A DNA stretch of 64,000 nt from Oscillospiraceae bacterium (GTDB lineage Bacteria; Bacillota; Clostridia; Oscillospirales; Oscillospiraceae), in the NCBI GenBank assembly GCA_015068125.1, contig SVLD01000002.1:24533-88532 (forward strand), written 5' to 3'. Numbering within the stretch: position 1 is the stretch's first letter; each line of letters begins with the position of its first letter. The position numbers and the translations under genes were made by a program. The notes under the pieces were generated by a model. The model saw only the letters and a program-made list of their open reading frames with translations. It searched no databases and was not told the origin of the DNA. This document shows, one piece after another, positions 49,734-59,098 of this stretch.

Positions 49734-50297
49734 TTAAGCCTTGGAACGGCCCAGGTACTCGCCGGTACGGGTATCGATCTGGATCTTGTCGCCCTCGTTG
49801 ATGAACAGGGGCACCTTGATCTCAGCGCCGGTTTCCACGGTAGCGGGCTTGGTGACGTTGGTAGCGGTGTTGCCGGCGAAGCCAGGCTCAGTCTCGGTAA
49901 CCACCAGGTCAACAAAGTTGGGAACTTCGACGCCGAAGACCTTGCCCTTGTAGCTCATGATGGTGCAGATGTCGTTCTCCTTGACGAACTTGAAGGAATC
50001 GTCCAGGTTGGAACCGTCAATGGGCTCCAGCTCATAGGTCTCCTGGTCCATGAAGTAGTACAGAGCACCGTCGTTGTAGGAGTACTCCATCTTCTTTCTC
50101 TCAATGAAAGCGGTGGGGAACTTGGCAGAGGGGTTCAGGGAAGTTTCGGTCACGCCGCCGGTGATAACGTTGCGCATCTTCACGCGAACGAAAGCCGCGC
50201 CCTTACCGGGCTTGACGTGCTGGAACTCGATGACCTGCATAACCTTGCCGTCCATCTCAAAAGTAATACCGTTGCGAATATCGCCTGCAGAAATCAT
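49734..50297 (-). CDS. efp: Elongation factor P
   Basis: [14 protein letters not shown]...[11 protein letters not shown]. Confidence 0.98.
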   Translation of the reverse strand: MISAGDIRNGITFEMDGKVMQVIEFQHVKPGKGAAFVRVKMRNVITGGVTETSLNPSAKFPTAFIERKKMEYSYNDGALYYFMDQETYELEPIDGSNLDDSFKFVKENDICTIMSYKGKVFGVEVPNFVDLVVTETEPGFAGNTATNVTKPATVETGAEIKVPLFINEGDKIQIDTRTGEYLGRSKA

Positions 50298-50407
50298 TTC
50301 TTTATCCTCCTAGATGTCCCCATTGAAGGGGATTTGTTTTTATATAGCTTTAGCGCATATATTTTAACCTAAAGTATGGAATTTTTCAAGTAGAAAAGAG
50401 AAATTTT

Positions 50408-51472
50408 TCAAAGAATTATCAAGTTTTTCGGGCTGCCGGTGATATCTTCGCAGCCATTCTCCTTGAAAATCACCACATCTTCGATGCGGACGCCAAATTT
50501 GCCGGGCAGATAGATGCCGGGCTCGGCAGATGCCACGCTGTTTACAGGCATACCTTCGCTGTTTCCGCCATTGGGGCTGGGACTTTCATGAACCTCAAGG
50601 CCCAGACTGTGGCCGTAGCCGTGGCCAAAGTAGGGTCCGTAACCGGCTTCCTCGATGACCTTTCGGGCGGCGGCATCGATATCCTTACCGGGAACGCCGG
50701 CCTTGGATGCGGCAATACCGGCCTTTTGCGCCGCAAGGACAGTTTCATAGACCTTTTTCATTTCGTCGGTAGCATAGCCCAGCGCCACGGTACGGGTCAT
50801 GTCGGCGCAGTAGCCCTGGTACAGAGCGCCAAAGTCCATGGTAATAAAGTCGCCTTCACGGATCACGCGCTCCCCTGCAACGCCGTGGGGCAGGCTGGTG
50901 TTGGGACCGGAGACCACGATGGGATCAAAGGCAAGACCCTGGCCGCCGTTTTTGTACAGGCAGTAGATCAGCTCCGCCTGGAGCTCCAGTTCCGTCATGC
51001 CGGCTTTGATTCTGTGCAGAACCTCAGCGAAGGCCTTGTCGGTGATCTCCTGGGCCTTGCGCATCAGCGCCAGCTCCCAGTCCTCCTTGATGCCGCGGAA
51101 GCCATTGATCTTGCCGGTGAAGGGCACCAGCTCGGCATGGAGCTTTTCCGTATAGTGGTTGTACTCCGCCACTGTCAGATAGTTTTCCTCGAAGCCCAGC
51201 TTGGATACATCAAAATCGGCGATGGCATCGTTGAGGCGTTTGATATAGTTATTTTCCCGGTTGACCTCCAGAACCTCAAAGCCCTGGATTCCGCTTTCGG
51301 CAGATTCGATATACCGGCTGTCGGTAAAATAGCGACATCCTGCCTTGGTGACGATGGCAACGCCCTCGGCAATATCAAACTCCGCGCCGTAATGGCGGCT
51401 AAAGCGGCTGGTCAGCAGCAGACCATCAACCTCGCCTTCCAGCAGGGAAAGGAATTTGTTTAAGTTTTTCAT
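50408..51472 (-). CDS. Xaa-Pro peptidase (M24 family)
   Basis: TDSRY, PHG, DFGA...DMTRT, HSLGLEVHE, EPGIY and GVRIED. Confidence 0.94.
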   Translation of the reverse strand: MKNLNKFLSLLEGEVDGLLLTSRFSRHYGAEFDIAEGVAIVTKAGCRYFTDSRYIESAESGIQGFEVLEVNRENNYIKRLNDAIADFDVSKLGFEENYLTVAEYNHYTEKLHAELVPFTGKINGFRGIKEDWELALMRKAQEITDKAFAEVLHRIKAGMTELELQAELIYCLYKNGGQGLAFDPIVVSGPNTSLPHGVAGERVIREGDFITMDFGALYQGYCADMTRTVALGYATDEMKKVYETVLAAQKAGIAASKAGVPGKDIDAAARKVIEEAGYGPYFGHGYGHSLGLEVHESPSPNGGNSEGMPVNSVASAEPGIYLPGKFGVRIEDVVIFKENGCEDITGSPKNLIIL

Positions 51473-51972
51473 AGTTTGATCCTCCTGTTTCTTGCAACGA
51501 AAATAAATGGCACTTCTGCGACATGCCGCAGCTTGAGCCAGAAATTATGATTGTGGATAGCCTTAACCAGCACCGAAGTCACCCCGGCGCAGTTACCCCC
51601 CAGGACATCGGTATAGATCTGATCTCCCACCAAGGCCGCCTGATTTGCAGGGATCCCGAATTTCTCCAGGCAGGCATTTATCCCTTTCGAAAAGGGCTTC
51701 TTGGCGTGGGTAATACAGGGAATGCCGTACTTTTCGCAGAAGATCTTTACCCGATCTCGCTTACTGTTGGACACCACGCAGATTTGGATATCGGAATCCA
51801 CCATGGAACGCAGCCAGATTGCCATTTTCTCCGTAGGCTCGTTGGTGGTATAAGGGACGACGGTATTATCAAAATCCAGCATCAGCAGACGGATGCCCTG
51901 CCGCCGGAGCAGTTCCGGGGTAATGTCCGTCAGGGCCGGCGCAATCAGCTTTGGAAGCAGGGAAAAAGACAT
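51469..51972 (-). CDS. YqeG family HAD-IIIA phosphatase
   Basis: DFDNT, VSN, AKKP and VGDQIYTDVLGG. Confidence 0.92.
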   Translation of the reverse strand: MSFSLLPKLIAPALTDITPELLRRQGIRLLMLDFDNTVVPYTTNEPTEKMAIWLRSMVDSDIQICVVSNSKRDRVKIFCEKYGIPCITHAKKPFSKGINACLEKFGIPANQAALVGDQIYTDVLGGNCAGVTSVLVKAIHNHNFWLKLRHVAEVPFIFVARNRRIKL

Positions 51973-52032
51973 ATTGCAACCCACACTTTCATAAGATATG
52001 AAAGATTATACCACGACTGGGGGCGTTTGTCC

Positions 52033-52722
52033 ATGGCAATTCCAGTATATCTTGCCCTAACTGCCGCAGAATTTCGGCGATGCACTGCCCTGCCCCCACA
52101 TTGTGCCTGGCTGAGCTGCCTGTTTTCCCCCTATGGCAGGGGCTTATCCAATGTTCCTAAGCAGCTGCCGCCAAATGCATTGCTGATTCTCAGCGACCGT
52201 ACCCCGGTCTGCGGGCATGATGGCGAACTGATCAAAGCCCAACTGGAAGAAGCGATATCCGCTTTAAACTGCTGTGGGTTACTATTAGATTTTCAGCGTC
52301 CAGGCTGCCCAGAGGCCCAGAAAATCGCCGCCTGTCTGACGAAACTCCCCTGCCCCGTGGCGGTTTCCGCCAGCTATGCCAAAGAACTGGACTGCCCGGT
52401 ATTTTTGCCGCCGGTTCCCCTGGACGTGCCGCTAAAAGAATATGTGCAGCCCTGGGCAGGACGGGATATTTGGCTGGAGGCGGCCACGCAAAATGCAAGC
52501 ATTATGCTGACGGCTCAGGGCGCAAGCTACAAAGAGGATTATGAGGAGGCGCCCCTATCCCACATCGATGCAGCGCTGCACTGCCATTACCATGTACAGC
52601 CGGGCCAGGAAGAAGCCATATTTTATCTGCGGCGCACCCGGGAGGATTTGGATGCGTTGTTGGCTGAAGCAGAAACATTCGGCATTACCCGGGCTGTGGG
52701 ATTGTTTCAGGAATTGGGATAG
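52033..52722 (+). CDS. Hypothetical protein (possible degenerate GH18-like barrel)
   Basis: ORF from MAIPVYLA fills the gap between yqeG and rpsU. Contains GLLLDFQ. Confidence 0.65.
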   Translation: MAIPVYLALTAAEFRRCTALPPHCAWLSCLFSPYGRGLSNVPKQLPPNALLILSDRTPVCGHDGELIKAQLEEAISALNCCGLLLDFQRPGCPEAQKIAACLTKLPCPVAVSASYAKELDCPVFLPPVPLDVPLKEYVQPWAGRDIWLEAATQNASIMLTAQGASYKEDYEEAPLSHIDAALHCHYHVQPGQEEAIFYLRRTREDLDALLAEAETFGITRAVGLFQELG

Positions 52723-52724
52723 CA

Positions 52725-52754
52725 AAAACCGCCTTGCTTTCGCAAGGCGGTTTT
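52725..52754. terminator. Bidirectional terminator
   Basis: AAAACCGCCTTGC-TTTC-GCAAGGCGGTTTT. Confidence 0.8.
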
Positions 52755-52780
52755 GAGCATAGTTCAAGAGGGATGTTAAA

Positions 52781-52963
52781 TTAATAGAACTTTCTCTTGT
52801 TCTTACGGGCAGCTTCAGACTTCTGCTTACGCTTCAGGCTGGGGCTGACATAATGCTCGCGCTTCTTAACTTCAGCAATAACGCCCTCCTTGGCACAGCT
52901 ACGCTTGAAACGGCGCAGAGCGCTCTCCAGAGATTCGTTTTCCTTGACGCGAATTTCAGACAT
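52781..52963 (-). CDS. rpsU: 30S ribosomal protein S21
   Basis: [12 protein letters not shown]...REHYVSPS. Confidence 0.97.
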   Translation of the reverse strand: MSEIRVKENESLESALRRFKRSCAKEGVIAEVKKREHYVSPSLKRKQKSEAARKNKRKFY

Positions 52964-53099
52964 GGTTTTCCCTCCCTCCGATGCATCCGGCTAGATCCAG
53001 GATGCTTTCAGGGCCAATCTATTGGCTTCATACATTATACGCAGTGTTTTCCCAAATGTCAAGAAAGATTTCGTGATTTTGATAGGATTTGTCAAAAAA

Positions 53100-55523
53100 T
53101 CACTTGACGATCAGGTTCACCAGCTTATTCTTGACCACGATGGTCTTGACGATGCTGCCTTCCTGCTTTTCCAGGAACCGGGCGATCTTCTCGTCCGCCA
53201 GCACATTGGTCACCACAGCATCGTTATCCAGGTCCGCTGCCATCAGCACGGTGCCGCGCATCTTGCCATTAACCTGGACGGCGATGTTGATCTCGCTGTC
53301 CTTGCACTTTTCCTCGGAATACGCAGGCCAATTTTCAAAGGCGATGGTATTCTCATGACCCAGGACCTGCCAGATTTCCTCGCCCACATGGGGAGTGATG
53401 CAGGAGATCATCTTGATAAAGCCCTCGGCATATTCTCTGGGACAGGTACCGTTCTTATAGACCTCATTGACAAAGACCATCATCTGAGCGATGGCAGTGT
53501 TGAAGCCCAGAGCTTCAAAGTCAGAGGTGACCTTCTTAACGGTCTGGTGATAGATCTTGGTGAGCTTGCCGTCATCGCTTTCGGTGATATTGGCAGGCTC
53601 AGTGAAGAAATTCCACACACGGTTGATAAACTTCTTGGCACCGGCCACAGCGGCGGTGCTCCAGGGCTTGGAAACCTCCAGGGGGCCCATGAACATCTCG
53701 TACAGCCGCAGGGTATCCGCGCCGTAATCCCGAACGATATCACTGGGATTGACCACGAATTCCGGAAAACGCTTGCCCATCTTGATGCCGTTTTCGCCCA
53801 GGATCATGCCCTGGTGCACCAACTTCTTGAAAGGCTCCTTCACGGGGCTCAGGCCGTTATCATACAGGAAGCGGTTCCAGATCCGGGAATAGATCAGGTG
53901 ACCCACAGCGTGCTCAGGGCCGCCCACATACAGGTCAACAGGCATCCAGTGCTTCAGCAGCTCAGGATCGCAGAAAGCATTCTCGTTCTCCGGATCGATA
54001 TAGCGCATGAAGTACCAGGAAGAACCGGCACTGCCGGGCATGGTAGAGGTCTCACGAACGCCCTTGATGCCGCCCTTATCATACTGCTTCCACTCAGTGG
54101 CGTTTTCCAGCGGTGCCTGGCCGTTGCGGCCCTTATAGTCCTCCAGGACAGGCAGCACCAGGGGCAGCTCCTCGTCGGGCAGGAACACAGTCTTGCCGTC
54201 CTCGGTATACACACAGGGAACGGGCTCACCCCAGTATCTCTGGCGGGCGAAGATCCACTCACGGAAGTGATAATTGTTCTTTCTCCGGGCAACGCCGGCC
54301 TTTTCCAGCTTGCAGGTGATGGCCTCCTTGGCCTCCTCCACGGTCAGGCCGGTGAACTCCTCGGAATTGATTAGCTTGCAGCCCTTGCCCAGGTAATCCT
54401 GCTTTTCAAAGGCGCACTCGGAAACGTCCCGACCCTCGATGACCTGGATCATGGGAATGTTATGGACCTGGGCATACTCAAAGTCACGCTGATCGTGGCT
54501 GGGAACGGCCATAACAGCACCGGTACCGTAGCTTGCCAGGACAAAGTCGCCGATAAACACAGGCACTTCCTTGCCGTTGACGGGATTGATGGCGTATACG
54601 CCCTTCAGGGGGCAACCGGACTTGGTCTTGTTCAAATCCGTGCGGTCGATGTCGCTCTTTTTCACAGCTTCGTCAATGTAAGCCTGGACCTCTTCTTTAT
54701 TTTCCACGCGGTCCATGAGTTCCTTCACGATTTTGCCGTCGGGAGCCAGGACCATGAAGGTGATGCCGTAGATGGTTTCAATGCAGGTGGTATAGATGGA
54801 GAACTGGCCGCCGCCAATCAGCTGGAAATCCACTTCCACGCCGGTGGACTTGCCGATCCAGTTACGCTGGATCTCCTTGGTGGATTCAGGCCAATCGATC
54901 TCTTCCAGGCCCTCCAGCAGCTTTTCGGCAAAGGCAGGCTGGTCAATGACCCACTGCATCATGTTCTTCTTGACAACGGGGTAGCCACCGCGCTCGGACT
55001 TACCATCAATGACCTCGTCATTACTAAGCACAGTGCCCAGCTCCTCGCACCAGTTGACGGGCATTTCGATACGCTTGGCATAGCCTGCTTCCCACAGCTT
55101 CTTAAAGATCCACTGGGTCCACTTATAGAAAGAAGGATCGGAAGTGGCGATGACCTTAGACCAATCGTAATCAAAGCCCAGCTCCTTCAGCTGACCGGAG
55201 AAGGTTTTGATATTCTCCTGGGTAAAGCCATTGGGATGGTTTCCGGTAGAAACGGCATACTGCTCCGCAGGCAGACCGAAGGAATCGTAGCCCATGGGGT
55301 GCAGAACATTATAGCCCTGCATCCGCTTCATGCGGGACATGATATCCGTGGCGGTATAGCCCTCAGGATGGCCTGCATGGAGGCCTACGCCGGAGGGGTA
55401 AGGGAACATATCCAGCACATAGTACTTGGGCTTGGAGAAGTCCCACACGTCGGTATGGAAGGTCTTGTTGTCCTCCCAGTATTTTTGCCACTTATCCTCA
55501 ATGGCGGTAAAATCGTAATGCAT
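53100..55523 (-). CDS. leuS: Leucine--tRNA ligase
   Basis: DMFPYPSG.GLHAGH, QRNWIGKS, GTGAVMAVP.HDQRD, RQRYWGEP and YGADTLRLYEMFMGP. Confidence 0.97.
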   Translation of the reverse strand: MHYDFTAIEDKWQKYWEDNKTFHTDVWDFSKPKYYVLDMFPYPSGVGLHAGHPEGYTATDIMSRMKRMQGYNVLHPMGYDSFGLPAEQYAVSTGNHPNGFTQENIKTFSGQLKELGFDYDWSKVIATSDPSFYKWTQWIFKKLWEAGYAKRIEMPVNWCEELGTVLSNDEVIDGKSERGGYPVVKKNMMQWVIDQPAFAEKLLEGLEEIDWPESTKEIQRNWIGKSTGVEVDFQLIGGGQFSIYTTCIETIYGITFMVLAPDGKIVKELMDRVENKEEVQAYIDEAVKKSDIDRTDLNKTKSGCPLKGVYAINPVNGKEVPVFIGDFVLASYGTGAVMAVPSHDQRDFEYAQVHNIPMIQVIEGRDVSECAFEKQDYLGKGCKLINSEEFTGLTVEEAKEAITCKLEKAGVARRKNNYHFREWIFARQRYWGEPVPCVYTEDGKTVFLPDEELPLVLPVLEDYKGRNGQAPLENATEWKQYDKGGIKGVRETSTMPGSAGSSWYFMRYIDPENENAFCDPELLKHWMPVDLYVGGPEHAVGHLIYSRIWNRFLYDNGLSPVKEPFKKLVHQGMILGENGIKMGKRFPEFVVNPSDIVRDYGADTLRLYEMFMGPLEVSKPWSTAAVAGAKKFINRVWNFFTEPANITESDDGKLTKIYHQTVKKVTSDFEALGFNTAIAQMMVFVNEVYKNGTCPREYAEGFIKMISCITPHVGEEIWQVLGHENTIAFENWPAYSEEKCKDSEINIAVQVNGKMRGTVLMAADLDNDAVVTNVLADEKIARFLEKQEGSIVKTIVVKNKLVNLIVK

Positions 55524-55537
55524 GACAAACACCTCTT

Positions 55538-55906
55538 TTACATCGTTTCGTCGATGATAATATCCTTTAAATCCACATTTTCCGCGTCTGCCCACAGGCG
55601 CTCCAGGTCATAAAACTCCCGGGCCTCCTCGGTAAAGACATGGACAACGATAGAGCCGTAGTCCAGCAGCTCCCAGCTGTTACCCCGGTGGCCTTCCCGG
55701 CCCAGCATGGGCTCGCCCAGCTGATCCAGGGTGTACTCCGCGTAATCGCAGAGGGTCTTGACATGGGTGCTGGAGGTACCGGTGCAGATCAGGAAATAGT
55801 CCGCGATGCTGGACACATCATTGATCCGCAGCAGCTTGATATTCATGCCCTTCTTGGCATCCAGGGCCTTGGTTACTTCATAAGCGACTTCTTTTGCTGT
55901 TAACAT
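55538..55906 (-). CDS. rsfS: Ribosome silencing factor
   Basis: WELLDYGSIVVHVF...REFYDLERLW. Confidence 0.96.
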   Translation of the reverse strand: MLTAKEVAYEVTKALDAKKGMNIKLLRINDVSSIADYFLICTGTSSTHVKTLCDYAEYTLDQLGEPMLGREGHRGNSWELLDYGSIVVHVFTEEAREFYDLERLWADAENVDLKDIIIDETM

Positions 55907-55922
55907 AGGATCGATTCCTTTC

Positions 55923-57104
55923 TTAAAGGGATTTATTTAAATATGCAAGAGCCTCCTGAGATTCCGGGGAAATGTCACTCCCCTGCTTTTTCAGCAGCTC
56001 CAGGGTCATGGTCAGCCCCAGCTTCAGTGCCTCCTTCAAGTCGGTAAAGGCTAGTTGCCGCAGCTTCTCCACCCCGGGAAAATCCCGATTGGGCTCCATA
56101 TAATCCGCAACATAAATGATTTTTTCCAGGGTGGTCATCTTGGCCTTTCCCGTGGTATGGGAACGAATGGCACTAACCACCGCATCGTTTTCTCCAAAGA
56201 TCCGCTGCGCCACCAGGGCGCCGGTCAGCGCGTGCAGTGTCTTGGGATTTTTTGTAAAAAACGCATCGAGTAATATACCATACTCCCGGCACAAAGTCAA
56301 TTGGAGTTCTCCGTCCAGAGCCTTGGTAATATCGTGGAGAAGTCCTGCTCTGGCGGCATCGGTTTCGTTCGCGCCCCATCGCCTTGCCAGCTCCACTGCC
56401 GTGTCCCGGCAGCCCAGCACATGAGCCACCCGGTTGGGTTTCAAAAGTCCGGTGACGACCGCTTCCAATTCTGCCATTGGCAGATTACGATAGCATTCCC
56501 CGGTGCCATAGAGCTTATTCTCCCGGATGTAATCCCCTACCCCCTGGGGCAGGAAAGGATCGGCACAATGAAACACCAACATTCGGCGAAGCTGGGTGGA
56601 AGAAATATCCACCACGGGGTTTTGAATCAGCACCACTCTGGCACCCAGAGCTTCCATTTCCGCCTTACACTGGTCAATGGCGGATTTTTCATCCCGTTCG
56701 CCCCGGTAAAACACACCAAGAACGGCATTTTTCCAAAGATATTCCGCATTTTTCCACTGGCGGAAGGTCAGAAACATATCCGTGCCAATGAGCAGATACA
56801 AGGTATCCCCCGGGTGCTGCTCCAGCAGGGTCTGCAGCGTTTGGTACGTGTAGCTTGGCCCTTCCCGGTTCAGCTCCATATCCGTCACTTCGAGGTGCGG
56901 CATTCCCGCGACACTCAGGCGCACCATTTCCAGCCGCTGCATAGGCTCAGGAGAGCCAACAGGCATGACTTTATGGGGCGCAATACGATCCGGTATCAGC
57001 AGGAGCTTATCAAGCCCCAGCGCCGACACCGCGCAGTTTGCCGCCCGGATATGCCCGATATGCGGTGGATTAAAGGTTCCGCCATAAATGCCGATCTTTG
57101 CCAT
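55923..57104 (-). CDS. nadD: Nicotinate-nucleotide adenylyltransferase fused to a YqeK-like HD hydrolase
   Basis: GGTFNPPHIGH and ISST, then RVAH...LLHDITK...HTTG...YVADYMEPNR. Confidence 0.92.
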   Translation of the reverse strand: MAKIGIYGGTFNPPHIGHIRAANCAVSALGLDKLLLIPDRIAPHKVMPVGSPEPMQRLEMVRLSVAGMPHLEVTDMELNREGPSYTYQTLQTLLEQHPGDTLYLLIGTDMFLTFRQWKNAEYLWKNAVLGVFYRGERDEKSAIDQCKAEMEALGARVVLIQNPVVDISSTQLRRMLVFHCADPFLPQGVGDYIRENKLYGTGECYRNLPMAELEAVVTGLLKPNRVAHVLGCRDTAVELARRWGANETDAARAGLLHDITKALDGELQLTLCREYGILLDAFFTKNPKTLHALTGALVAQRIFGENDAVVSAIRSHTTGKAKMTTLEKIIYVADYMEPNRDFPGVEKLRQLAFTDLKEALKLGLTMTLELLKKQGSDISPESQEALAYLNKSL

Positions 57105-57121
57105 AAACGCCTCCTGTCAGA

Positions 57122-57592
57122 TCAATCCTCGCCCCGAAGCTGCTTCTCCCGTTCCCGCTCGATGGCTTTATCGATGGCCATCTGCCGGAAGTACTGATTT
57201 CTCTGTTCCCGCACTTTCTTCTGTGCGGCACGACGGGCGCGGACGCCCTTGCCCACAGGGTCGGATTTACTCACCGGGGTGGCCTTGCGCTTGGCCCGTC
57301 CGGTCTGATTACGCTCCTCCTGACATTTTTCGCTAAAGCGGTAGATCACGAATTTCGTGCCGATCACCGCCACGCCATCGGCGCCGGTAGCCTGACAGAT
57401 CTCATCGCTGACCTCACGGGGGCTCATCAGCGCGCCCTCCAGAACCTTGCCTTTCACCAGTTCTCTGGCAGTCAGCAAGTTTTCCGCCTCGGCGATCACC
57501 GCTTCGGTGACGCCGCTTTTACCCACCATCAGGGTGGTATCCAAGGTGTTGGCCTGAGCGCGAAGCTCTGCTCTTTGTTTACTTGTCAGCAT
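57122..57592 (-). CDS. yhbY: YhbY (CRM) RNA-binding protein with C-terminal extension
   Basis: LTSKQRAELR...VGKSG...RELVK...IG.KFVIYR. Confidence 0.9.
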   Translation of the reverse strand: MLTSKQRAELRAQANTLDTTLMVGKSGVTEAVIAEAENLLTARELVKGKVLEGALMSPREVSDEICQATGADGVAVIGTKFVIYRFSEKCQEERNQTGRAKRKATPVSKSDPVGKGVRARRAAQKKVREQRNQYFRQMAIDKAIEREREKQLRGED

Positions 57593-58184
57593 AGCCTGCC
57601 TCCTTCATTCTCTCATAAAACAGTTTCAGTGCATTTCCACGGTGGGAAATGCTGTTCTTTTCCTCGGGGCTCAATTCTGCCGTGGTTTTTCCCAGGGGCG
57701 GATAGTAGAAGATGGGATCGTAGCCGAAGCCGTTCTCCCCTCGCGCCTCCCGCAGCAGCTCGCCGTGGATCTCGCCCCGAGCCTGGATGGTTTGCCCCTC
57801 GGGGGTCACCAGGGTAATAACGCAGACGAATTGTGCCTGCCGCTGACCGTCGGGGACGTGCTCCGTATTTTTCAGCAGAAGCAGCAGACGACCCCAGTCG
57901 TCCAGGGAATCGTCAAAGCCATAGCGGGCGGAGTAAATACCCGGCTCGCCGTTCAATGCGTCCACCGCGATGCCGGAATCGTCCGCCAGCGCCGGCAGAC
58001 CTGTTGCTTTCATGACAGCTTCGGCCTTGATGAAGGAATTTTCCTCAAAGGTGGTGCCGGTTTCCTCCACATCCAGGTCGATGCCCAGCTCGGATTGCAG
58101 CACCAGGTCGATGCCAAATTTTTCGGTGATCTTGCTGATTTCTTCCAGTTTGTGCTTATTTTTGCTGGCCAAAACGACTTTCAT
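57579..58184 (-). CDS. rdgB: Non-canonical purine NTP pyrophosphatase (RdgB/HAM1)
   Basis: ASKNKHK, ADDSG, PGIYSAR, GFGYDPIF and ISHRG. Confidence 0.95.
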   Translation of the reverse strand: MKVVLASKNKHKLEEISKITEKFGIDLVLQSELGIDLDVEETGTTFEENSFIKAEAVMKATGLPALADDSGIAVDALNGEPGIYSARYGFDDSLDDWGRLLLLLKNTEHVPDGQRQAQFVCVITLVTPEGQTIQARGEIHGELLREARGENGFGYDPIFYYPPLGKTTAELSPEEKNSISHRGNALKLFYERMKEAGYADK

Positions 58185-59089
58185 TACAGCAGTGCCTCCA
58201 CAAAATCTCTGGCCACAAAGGGCATAAGGTCATCAGCCTGCTCGCCTACGCCCACGAATTTCACCGGAATTTGCAGGGCATCCGCCACGGCGATGACGAT
58301 ACCGCCCTTGGCAGTGCCGTCCAGCTTGGTCAGGGCGATGGCGGTAACACCGGCAATCTCCTTAAACTGCCTGGCCTGGATCAGTCCGTTCTGGCCGGTG
58401 GTGCCGTCCAGCACCAGCAGCACCTCCCGGGATGCATCGGGCAGCTCACGCTCCACAATGCGGCTGATCTTGTTCAGCTCATTCATCAGATTCTGCTTGT
58501 TGTGAAGCCGTCCGGCGGTATCCACCAGGATCACATCCACATTTCTGGCCTTGGCGGCCTGGATACCGTCAAACACCACCGAAGCAGGGTCCGCGCCCTC
58601 ATGCTGCCGCACGATATCCGCGCCGCTGCGGCCTGCCCAGATTTCCAGCTGGTCAGCTGCCGCCGCGCGGAAGGTATCGCCGGCCACCAGCAGGACCTTC
58701 TTACCCTGCTTGACAAGCTGGGTGGCGATCTTGCCAATGGTGGTGGTCTTGCCAACGCCGTTGACGCCGATGACCAGCACCACAGAGGGCTTGGTATCCA
58801 GCTTCAGCTCCGGGCTGCCAACCTCCAGCATTTCCACCAGGATGGTTTTCAGTGCCTCCCGAGCCTCCTCGGTTTCCTTCAAATGCTGCTCCTTAACGGT
58901 TTTCCGCAGGCGTTCCACAGCTTTCACTGCGGTATCCATGCCTAAGTCCGCCAGGATCAGACATTCTTCCAATTCTTCATAAAAATCCTCGTCAATCTGG
59001 CTGAAACCGGAAAACACACTGCCAAGGGTATTGCTCAGCGCGTTTCTTGTTTTGGTCAAACCGGCCTTGATTTTATCAAAAAAACCCAT
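58184..59089 (-). CDS. ftsY: SRP receptor FtsY
   Basis: GVNGVGKTT, DTFRAAA, DTAGR and TKLDGTAKGG. Confidence 0.97.
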   Translation of the reverse strand: MGFFDKIKAGLTKTRNALSNTLGSVFSGFSQIDEDFYEELEECLILADLGMDTAVKAVERLRKTVKEQHLKETEEAREALKTILVEMLEVGSPELKLDTKPSVVLVIGVNGVGKTTTIGKIATQLVKQGKKVLLVAGDTFRAAAADQLEIWAGRSGADIVRQHEGADPASVVFDGIQAAKARNVDVILVDTAGRLHNKQNLMNELNKISRIVERELPDASREVLLVLDGTTGQNGLIQARQFKEIAGVTAIALTKLDGTAKGGIVIAVADALQIPVKFVGVGEQADDLMPFVARDFVEALL

Positions 59090-59098
59090 GTTTACTCC

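Noticed and set aside
51523-52032. N-terminal extension of the 399-aa ORF 51523-52722
   Set aside because: It overlaps yqeG on the opposite strand. The plausible start is the ATG at 52033.
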